DNA of 42,661 nucleotides from Lama guanicoe (lineage: Eukaryota): contig MU053594.1 in the NCBI GenBank assembly GCA_013239625.1, positions 1,281,444-1,324,104 of the forward strand, in the 5' to 3' direction. This document shows positions 11,918 to 21,504 of this stretch, in pieces (the first letter of the stretch is position 1; each line of letters opens with the position of its first letter). The position numbers were made by a program, and so were the translations under genes. The notes under the pieces are model-generated. The model had not been told where the DNA came from. It made no database searches and saw only the letters and a program-made list of their open reading frames with translations.

Positions 11918-12532
11918 TGCTCCTGGGCATATATCCAGAAGGAACCCTACTTCAGGATGCCACCTGCACCCCAATGTTCACAGCAGCACTATTTACAATA
12001 GCCAAGGCATGGAAACAGCCTAAATGTCCATCAAGAGATGACTGGATAAAGAAGACGTGGTATATTTATACAATGCAATACTATTCAGCCATAAAAACCA
12101 ACAACATAACGCCATTTGCAGCAACATGGATGCTCCTGGAGAATGTCATTCTAAGTGAAGAAAGCCAGAAAGAGAAAGAAAAATACCATATGAGATCGCT
12201 CATGTGTGGAATCTAAAAAACAAAAACAAAAAAACAAAGCATAAATACAAAACAGAAATAGACTCATAGACATAGAATACAAACTTGTGGTTGCCAAGGG
12301 GGTGGAGGGTGGGAAGGGATAGACGGGATTTCAAAATTGTAGAATAGATAAACAAGATTATACTGTATAGCACAGGTAAATATATACAAGATCTTATGGT
12401 AGCTCACAGAATAAAAAAGTGACAATAAATATACATATGTTCATGTATAACTGAAAAATTGTGCTCTACACTGGAATTTGACACAACATTGTAAACTGAT
12501 TATAAATCAATAAAAAATGTTAATTAAAAAAA
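11918..12532 (+). mobile_element. 5'-truncated young LINE-1 (ORF2 C-terminus + 3'UTR + polyA)
   Basis: ORF 11974-12216 MFTAALFTIAKAWKQPKCPS...ENVILSE...EKYHMRSLMCGI is the L1 ORF2 end. AATAAA at 12509. Short TSD aagaac (11912, 12533) at a TTT/AAGA endonuclease site. Confidence 0.96.
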
Positions 12533-13716
12533 AAGAACCAGCTGATTTACCCAGAAGATTTGATTTCTCTACAAAATGATCTGTAACACGCTGGGTGCCT
12601 GTTTTATTTGTTAATCCTAGGAATGGGTTTTCCTCTTTACCCTGGGCACTGTTTATGTATCTGTATTCTCCTTGGTCTTCAGACGTGTTCCCAGAAGAAG
12701 GAAGTAGCTAAGATTCCTTTGACAAGAAGTGTAACTTCCTTACTAAGTTTCAACCTGAAGATGGCTTTCCATCATGCATTCTTCCCAGTGCCGTAAACAT
12801 CTCCTTGGCAGCAGGAGCTCACTGGCACACTGGTCCAGTCACTTCATGCCCACTGTCTTATGCGTCATGCACAGACCACGTACAGCTATTTATGTGGAAG
12901 ACTAGAAGAACCAATTGAAAACAGTGCTTGTGCAAGAACTGTGGGTGAATTTCTCTTTTCCCCAAGTTTGCCAACAAATATTTCTGCTTTTGAAATGTAA
13001 ATAACTTTAAAAAATAAATCTGTGCTACTTCCAGAAAATTATGCTACCTCTAATATTCCTTCTTTGGGTTCATTGAGCACATTCCTCCAAAGAGGAGTTT
13101 ATGCCGTTCCCACCCACCGAACCCCAAGAACCCAAGCTTGGGAGAACATATCCTACTGTTCTTGACCCTCTGGTTTTAAAGGAAAATTAAGACAAGCAGC
13201 AGCATGAATCTGACTGGAAGTGCTCTGTGGAGCTGCTAGCTTGGTCTGGCTTGTCATTTTCCTTGAAAATAGCAAGATGAACATCAGCTTAGGGAATGAA
13301 GGGTTTTACTGATGCGAAGGCAGGTGCTCTCGCTTTGCTGGGGAGATGGGAAACTCTGCAGGATCGCCTCAGCAGATGCTAGGCTTTGGAGCCAAACAAT
13401 TCCCACAAGGATTGCTGAATTTCACAACCTCATCCCTGGAAATAAGTCAGAGCTTTATACTATTTCTCCAAAAAAGGATATTGAAGTTCACGAGAAGGGT
13501 CATCATGGCCATTTGATCAGTGTGCTTGACTCAGCAAACCATTTCCTACTGAAGTGTCCGTGGGGCTCCTGGGGAAGGATGCAGAGGCTCTCAGAAGAGA
13601 CTACAGAATATGTACTTCTTGTAGGTAACTCCCTCCACCTGCTTTGGCTTTGGAAGCCTTGCTGCGCTAGGTGCCATGAAGTAGAGAATCTAGCCTTGCA
13701 CCATCGCTGATCATGG

Positions 13717-14243
13717 TGTGTGGCTACGGAAAACACTGTGTGTTTGGTTGTCCAGTTCACAAGGATCTCCACTCTATGTCAGAGCTTTCTTATGCAGGGC
13801 TTTCTTATGCAGGGGGTGGCCCCAGATGTTTTATTGGTTTCATGTGACTTTGAGTCTGAGGTCATTAAGTGATCTGAGCACCTGACCAATCTAAGCCAAT
13901 CAGAATCCTTCCCTGGGATTTTTTAAGCTGGATGTAAAGGACAAAGGTCACTCTTTGCTGATGATGAGATACAGGATGTGAGGCTTAAGCATTCCCAATG
14001 GCTATTTTTTAAAATCCCTTTATCACAGAAGAGAGGAAAGAAATGGAGGCTAGAGATGGAAGAACTCCTAGAGTCATTTAAGTCCCCAATTTCAATGATT
14101 CCTGAGGCCCTTTTCTTTTTAATGTCTCTTAAATTTTAAATTTCTGTTAAATGTCTTTGTGTAAGACATTTCAGTATGCATCGAATAAATTTCCATTTAT
14201 GTCAAAGATGGTTTCAAACACTGTGATCAAAGTGTCCTAATAC
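13717..14243 (+). mobile_element. MaLR solo LTR (MLT1I/J-like)
   Basis: cacctgaccaatctaagccaatcagaatccttccctgggattttt, aataaatttcc and terminal gtcctaataca. Confidence 0.7.
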
Positions 14244-16544
14244 AAGGACCCTGGTGGTGGCAAACCTCCCTGATCAGCCAGGCAGGAAGCTCCTGTCCTC
14301 TGTCCCATCCATCTTCTGAGCAGGCAGATTTGATCAAGGGCTGCTGGCAAGTGTCATCAGTTACTCTGTTAGGAAAAGTGGAGAGAGAACCTCCTGGACT
14401 CAGCCTGAATCAGCCTGAATCAGCCTGAAATAGCAAGTCCTTCCCAATCTTCTGTTCCAAGAGTCCTGACATTCAGGTACCAGGCAGGGAGAAAATTAGT
14501 TCTTTTGAGTTTTTCTGCAGAATCCTTTTTCACACACTTTTTCGTTCATGCTTCCACGTGTGTGATCACCAGGAGTGCAATGAGATTGAAGCAAACCAGG
14601 CTCCCAGGGCACTACATTGAGAGAGGTTCCCACTCTCAGGGTCTTGCAAGTGCCCTAGGCTCCCACTGGGTCCCCCTAGTGCTGGCCCTGATGATTGCAT
14701 GCTCTGCATCACAGGGTGTACACTTCCAGTGTGATGAGGTGTGAAAAAAATGAGACTGGAAACCAACAAAGCAGAATTTTCATCTTGGCTTTATCACTGG
14801 CTCAATGTGATATCAAAAAACAGAACAAAATAAAATCAAACCTTGTAAACTCTCTGGTTTATCTCCATGCCTAATTGGTAAATTAAGGATAACCACCTTT
14901 ACCTTCATTACTTCCAAAGAATATATGACAAGAATAACATGACATTGTGTACAGAAAGGTTAAGAGACTGATCTGAGGTCGGAAAACCCATTTGCTGGAA
15001 CACCAGGCCTAATCTCTTGGGCCAATGCTGGGTTTTCCTGTGTTGCTTACTTATTACTTACTATATTAATTAAACAAACATATAGTAAGTGCTTATTGTG
15101 ATCAAGACACCAAAGGAAAATCCAACAAACCACAGGCTGTAGCGGAAATAGAAACTGGATAAAATTAGGGTGAAACCGCCACTGGAATCCATGTGTCCCC
15201 ATGCCCAGGGGTCCCCACGACACACTGTCTTCCACACCAAGCTCTGAGCTTGCCCAGACCACCTCTCAGGTTTGACCTACTTGCTATTCAAGGTCCACTT
15301 TGTCCAAGGACTAATCGACAGGAGGCCCAGACTGGCTACTGCGATGACCCTCACTAGGACTGTTTTGAGAGAAGAGGAATCAGTCCCAAGAACTGAATCA
15401 CTCATACCCTTGATTTGCCTGGAGTCTTAGTCCCAAACCCATGAGACAGAATTAAGGGACGAACAGGTCTAAAGGAGAGAGTTCCCAATGAATATTCTTT
15501 ATTGCTGTTTTTGGTCTTTCTTGACCTTCCATGACACAATCTTATATTTTGAAGTCCAGGATAATTGGAAATAAAATGAAATCCTCCTATGTTCAGAGTT
15601 CATATCACCTCTGAACGGCGGCTGGGGACAGAACTGCACTGTATATTTAATACTCTGCATTAACAGGCAAGCTAGAAAGGAAATCTCCTCCTTTGCTGCC
15701 CTAGCTGGGGCAAGAGCTGGCACCAATTTAACAAACCAAGGGTGTAAATCACGCATTGAAATCTCTCACCATGGAAGGCAAAGATTTTCTAAAAGAATGA
15801 AAAAAAAAAAAAGGCACCCAGCACTAGGCATTTTAAGAGTCGATGTGCGTGTTTAGATGTTAAACATTTACATTTTACAGCAAAGTGACATTTTTAGCGG
15901 GGTTATATTGCCCATTTGCAGCCGTTACTCACTACTGGCCATGGGCTTGGGGCTGGAGCTGGGCGATGAATCAAAGACACCCTTTGTATCATGTCACTAA
16001 GCAACTCCCTCCTCTTCTGCCGCTCCCAGAGCCTGGGCTGGGCACACAGCCTGTGTCATCCACATGGTGGATTTACAGGTCGCAATTTATGCCAGCCAAA
16101 GTTTCCTGAGGAAAAGGCAGCTGGAGCTGGGCTTTGGCCATGTCTCAATTATGTGCTGGGAGTAAAACACGGAAAAAGTGGGGATTGGCACGCTCGGACA
16201 AGGTCAGACCTGGCCCTTTGTTGCAGGCCCCCAGATCAACTGTCTAGAATGACACTTCACTTCACAGAAGATGAATGCATAGCATGCGTGCTGGTGTGAC
16301 CCCCCTCAGCCGCCCAGAACAGACATCACTAATTGATCACAGTGCTCTTTCCCGCTGAGCCAAATTTGGCCTCAGATGCATACCTGATACACATTCCAGG
16401 CAGCCACTATCTACCTGGTCAGCTGGCACATGGGATGAACCTATTTGTCAACCCTGCTTGCCTTACATGCCAAAGTCTGTTTCCCATCTCTGCCTTTTTA
16501 GAGTAAGATGGGAGGCTTCAGGAATTCTCCACATACAGCTATCT

Positions 16545-16830
16545 CAGATAACAACAACAATAAAAGTTGTAATAGTTAACATTTGTGCTTCTTATGGACA
16601 GAGCATGAAATCATTTAATTCTCACAACAATCTGATGATACCTACATTATACAAAACCAGGATCTGTTGTTTACCAGACACATACCATGTATTGGGTACC
16701 ACATATGATGCTCTCATCTTCGTATATTCCCGTTTCACCATGAACTGAAAACTCAAAGAGAGCAAGAAAGCCATACAGCCAATCCAAGGAAGAGCCTGGA
16801 TCTGAGCCCAAGAATGTCTAATTCTCAAAT
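16545..16830 (-). mobile_element. MIR fragments
   Basis: atcatttaattctcacaacaatctgatga; cccgtttcaccatgaactgaaaactcaaagag...agagcctggatctgagcccaag. Confidence 0.65.
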
Positions 16831-17312
16831 GAGCACTAGACCTTGACCCTTGACCTTTTGGTGCATGAGCTCACCATTTTCACCCTCTCATCCTGTTTTC
16901 ATCTTTACTGCCAGAGTCGGGGAGCTACTTTTCTACCAGAAACTGACTCTAGACTTTGCCTAATCTGCTCCAGCTTCCCTGGCAACATCCTTCTACCCTC
17001 CTGTTCTCAGCATCCATTTCTGACAGGTGAGCCAGTAAACCTTTCAGCAGGGAAAGAGAAGTGAGGCTGCAGACTAGATAGAGTTGAACTCAATTCTCTT
17101 ATTGTTTTATTCAGAATGTGATGCTCTACTACCAAGGAGGGGCTCCCTACATCCCCACGGTGGACACTGGGACTGGAGAATGTGGGGACTCCCCAAGCTT
17201 GGTGCCATGAAGGGCCACGTGGCTGCTCATTTAAGCAGAGAAGAAAGAGCCATTGTAGCTTCATCTCTGTCTCCTTATGCTGAAAACTTTGGCCACCCCA
17301 AGACTCTCTTTC

Positions 17313-18150
17313 TTTTTTTTAATTATTAATTTATCTTTTTAAAATTAAAATATAGTCAGTTTACAATGCTGTGTTAATTTCTGATGTACAACAGAGTGAT
17401 TCAGTTATACGTGTGTGTGTGTGTGTGTGTGTGTATTCTTTTTTTTTCATTATTGGCTATTACAAGGTATTGAATGTAGTTCCCTGTGCTATCCAGTAGG
17501 ACTTTGTTGTTTATCTGTTGTATATATAGTAGTTAGTATCTGCAAATCCTGAACTCCTAATTTATCCCCTACCTTTTGCCCCTAATAACCACATATTGGC
17601 TATTACAAGGTATTGAATGTAGTTTCCTGTGCTATCCAGTAGGACTTTGTTGTTTTTCTGTTGTATATATAGTAGTTAGTATCTTCAAATCCTGAACTCC
17701 TAATTTATCCCCTACCTTTTCCCCCAGTAACCACACGTTTGTTTTCTATGTCTGTGAGTCTGTTTCTGTTTTGTAAATAAGTTCATTTGTCTCATTTTTT
17801 TTTTTAGATTTCAATATAAGTGATATCATATGGCATTTTTCTTTCTCTTTCTGGCTTACTTAGTATGATAATTTCCAGGTCCACCTACGTTGCTGTAAAT
17901 AGCATTATTTTATTCTTTTTATGGCTGAGTAGTATTCCATTGCATATATGAGTACCACAACTTCTTTATCCAGTCATCTGTCAATGGAGATTTAGGTTGC
18001 TTCCTTGTCTTGGCTATGAACATTGGGGTACATGTATCTTTTCAAATTAGAGTTCCTTCCAGATAATGCCCAGGAGTGGGATTGCTGGATCATATGGTAA
18101 TTCTTTTTTTTTTTTTAAGGAAACTCCATACTATTTTCCATCATGGCTGC
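17313..18150 (-). mobile_element. LINE-1 3' end (artiodactyl/camelid type) with internal (TG)12 and 143-bp duplication
   Basis: Antisense L1 3'UTR and ORF2 end: atatagtcagtttacaatgctgtgttaatttctg, atggctgagtagtattccattg, atgcccaggagtgggattgctggatcatatgg. Confidence 0.93.
17451..17735 (+). repeat. Tandem duplication, 2 x ~143 bp, inside L1
   Basis: The unit tattggctattacaagg...taaccaca starts at 17451 and again at 17594, with a few substitutions. Confidence 0.95.
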
Positions 18151-18249
18151 ATCAAAAAATCTGTCTTAGCCCCAAGGCTTTACAATGTTGTTCATTCTTC
18201 CAAGAACTCTTATCTGTTAACTATTGTCTGTCTGCTCCTCTGCTGCCTC

Positions 18250-18535
18250 CATCTCCCCTACTCCAGCATCTATGTCTTGCCAACTTGCACTCATCATTCA
18301 CGTTTTAGCTCTTCTGACCCACTTCCTATGGAAAGCTGAGTTAGGTGCTTCTTTTTTGTTCTCCTTAGCACCCAGTGCTTCCTCCAGGCCAGTGCAAGCC
18401 GCGCTCTGCCTCCTCCACTGGGCTATAAGCTTAGTGAGGACAGATATGTGTCTGGCTTGTATCCCCAACACTCAGTTCTGTCTCTGAGTCTGTACTAAAA
18501 GACGACTGATGAATAATGGATGATTGAATTGAATG
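18250..18535 (+). mobile_element. LINE-2 3' fragment
   Basis: ctataagcttagtgaggacagatatgtgtctggcttgtatcccca...gatgaataatggatgattgaattgaat tail. Confidence 0.6.
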
Positions 18536-18989
18536 GGTTCGTGAACCCTCTACTGGAAACCTAACTGGATTGACATGCATAGATTCTCCCCACCTCATTT
18601 CCACACCTGGCTAACTGTAAGTGGCAGATTCCCCCAGGTTGATGGAAATATGAGGGCAACCATCACATCTCACAGGGAGTTCAGTAGTGAAATCTGAGTT
18701 TATTGGTTTATTCCGATGCTGTCCGTCAAACAACTTGGGCTAGAAAGGAAAGCGAACATGAGCAACTACATGTTAGTTTCATTGCTTATCATAACGAAAA
18801 TCCATATCTGATGTTGAAAGAAAAGTTCAAAATATGGCCTTAGCCTACAAATGTATATTGATTTCTCAAAAAATTAGGCATGTGTTCACCTCTACAGGAC
18901 TATGGGCACCAAATGAGAACCATTTCCAGAATCTAAGGGCAGGGCTACTAAGTGTCACCTGCGTGCCCATAAATTAATGAGATTTGCCA

Positions 18990-19382
18990 GCTTAAGCTAG
19001 ATGAGGGGAGGGCACTTGGCTGATTCACATAACTGGGAAGTAAGAGTGGAGTTGGCTTCAGGCATGGCTGGACCCAGAGACCCAGATTGTGTCATCATCA
19101 TTCTTGGCTTCCTGAGGCTCAGCTTTGCTCTACATGTTGACGTCCTTCTCTCTGCTGTAGGCGGGCTTCCCCATCTATGGTAGACCGTCCCCCGTGGTCT
19201 GTGTACAGACAGTTTTGGCTTTCATCTTGCTCGCTTGGGAACCCTGGAGCAAAGAGAGCACCTCTCTGTATATAAACTCCAAGTAAGGATATCACTTGGT
19301 GCTCCCTGGGTCCCTTCACCCCTTCCCTTGACCCGAGCACTACGGGAAATAGACCCTATGATTGGGCAGACCTGTGCCCAGC
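18990..19382 (-). mobile_element. MaLR LTR (MLT1-like), interrupted by MER21; a remnant resumes at about 20281-20330
   Basis: ttggctgattcacataactgggaagt...ggcttcaggcatggctggacccagag...tgattgggcagacctg. Confidence 0.6.
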
Positions 19383-20280
19383 TGTGATATAATAAGAAAG
19401 ATGTATTTGGTCCCTGTCTCTGGTTCCTGACACAGAGCTCTTCAACCCTTATAATTTCCTGAATAGGAGTATCTTTTGTTTTAATATTTAGTCTTAGTCC
19501 CTGGTTCCTTAAACAAGAGGTTCCCAAACCCTTGAAATCCCCAGAGTAATAAGTGTCATTTTGTATATTAATGAGAAGACCGGTGGCTGGAGTCTCTAGA
19601 TGGTTTCCAGTTGGGGGCTGCTCGCCAGAGGAACCAACCGTGTAATTGGAGGGTTGGAACTTTTCACCCCATCCCCATCTCCATCCCCCAGGGAGGGGAG
19701 ACAGTGTAGAAATCGAGTTCAATCACCAATAGCCAGTGATTTAGTCATCTGTGCTTATATATTGTAACTTCCACAAAACCCCTAAACAGTGGGGTTCAGG
19801 GGGCTTCCAGATAGGTGGATGGATCTACGTGCAGCTGGGGAAAGCACCCCAAATTCCACAGAAGTAGACACTCCTGCACTTGGGACACTTCTGGACCTTG
19901 ATCTACATACCTCTTCACCTGGCTGTTCATTTGCATCCTTTACAATAAATCAGTAAACATAAGTAAACTGTTTCCTTGAGTTCTGTGGGTCATTACAGCA
20001 AATTATTGAAACTGAGGAGGGGGTGGTGAGAACCACTAATCTGTAACCAAGTCAGACAGAGTCGTGGGTAACCTGGGGAACCACTACTTGTGATTACTGT
20101 CTGAAATGGGGAGCTAGTCTTTTGGGATTGAGCCCCTAAACTTACGGCTGTGCTGACTTCAGGTGCTTAGTGCCAGAATCGAATTGAACTAAATGCCTGG
20201 GTGATATCCACAGAGAACTGGAGGATTACTTGGTGTGGAAAACCCACAGTTTGGTATTAGAAGTGTTGAGAGTAGAGAAG
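19383..20280 (+). mobile_element. ERVL solo LTR, MER21-like, near full length
   Basis: Starts tgtgatataataagaaagatgtatttggtc...ggttcctgacacagagctc, carries the LTR aataaa, and ends ggtgtggaaaacccacagtttggtattagaagtgttgagagtagag. Confidence 0.85.
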
Positions 20281-20410
20281 TAATTTAGCCTCATAGTCAG
20301 CAGTGGCCAAGGTTCTGGGACTCACCAAAACGACCCAGAAAGGAGGAGCAAGGAAGGAGAGAAGGAAGAAAAGAAGGAAAGAAGGAAGGACGGGGAAGAG
20401 GGAGGGAAGA

Positions 20411-20550
20411 TGGGAATGATGTGTTTCTTGATTGTGGTTATGGTTACACAGATACACAAATTTATCAAAACTCATCAGTACGTATACTTAAAATGGATGC
20501 ATTTTGTTGCATGCAAATTATACCTCAATAAAGTAGATTTTTTAAAAAAA
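20411..20550 (+). mobile_element. L1M (L1MB/MC-like) 3' terminus
   Basis: cttgattgtggttatggttacac...tcaaaactcatc...tgcaaattatacctcaataaag followed by an A tail. Confidence 0.85.
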
Positions 20551-20554
20551 TTAA

Positions 20555-20780
20555 CTCTTCTAGGGAGCCTCCTCTGACTTCCCAGACAGATCTAAGCATC
20601 ACCTCCATAGAACTTCCAGTGGTCCCCACGTCTCTAGTATAGCATGGCTCATACTGCTATGATTATCTACTTGGCTGTCTGTCTCTCACACTATTTCTGT
20701 GAGTCTCTGAAAGGCATGAACTATGTCCCACTCAACCTTTGTATCTAGAATTGGTGCAGTGCTCAATGTATAGTAGACAA
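20555..20780 (+). mobile_element. LINE-2 3' fragment
   Basis: ctcttctagggagcctcctctgact...ctgtgagtctctgaaaggcatgaactatgtc...ctttgtatc. Confidence 0.65.
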
Positions 20781-21422
20781 TTTCGTTTTAGCTCTGTAAA
20801 CTGGAAATTTCATGCGCAAGATTAGAATACGAATAAGTAGCATAAATTAAGAAAACTTTGAAACCTAAAGTTGTAGGTTATACTAATTGCAATATCCTGC
20901 CTCACTTCTCCCCACTCCTCTGAGGGTCGGTCAATACCCTGGGAATGGCTTTAGCTTCCTACAGGTCATGGAATATGAGGAAAAATTAACTTCACTCTGA
21001 TTTTAAGGGGTAAAGAGATTCCAGTTGATAGCTGGGTAGTTAATTCGAAATCGAATTTAGTTCAAGGCAAAGGAGTGGAGCCCAAAGAGCAACACATTAA
21101 CTTTATGTAAATGAAAATGGAAAGCTTCTTGGAAGAGGCAAAGGCTCTGCTGGAACAACCCCAGAACAGAGCAGAGAAAGGGGACTTCCAGGTATTGAGA
21201 TCAAATAAGGAAGTTAATTCATTAATTGGCTTTAAAACGGCACAGTGTGGGTGGGAAACCACCATCAGTTTGGGGCTGCTGGAGGGTCAAGTGCAAGGAA
21301 GGACGTGGAGAAGGAACTGAGAAAATTATCACGAGGCACTTAATGAAGTTCACGGTGCAGGTAGGAGCCTTGGGAATTCCTCAGGCTTGCAGCAAAGGCT
21401 CAGCCGTGGGAAGAAGGCGTGC

Positions 21423-21504
21423 CCAGCCCTCCTGCGTTCGTTCTTTCTTCCTTTCTTCCTTCCTTCCTTTCCAGCCCTCCTGCGTTCTTTCTTTCTTTCT
21501 TTCT
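21423..21504 (+). repeat. Compound (CTTT/CTTC)n microsatellite with a duplicated 17-bp head
   Basis: ccagccctcctgcgttc at 21423 and 21471, each followed by pyrimidine tetranucleotide repeats. Confidence 0.9.

Noticed and set aside
11974..12216. 80-aa ORF with a clear protein motif
   Set aside because: It is the LINE-1 ORF2 C-terminus of a 5'-truncated copy, not a host gene.
19222..19722. 166-aa minus-strand ORF
   Set aside because: It spans the MER21/MLT1 LTR junction, which is non-coding repeat sequence.
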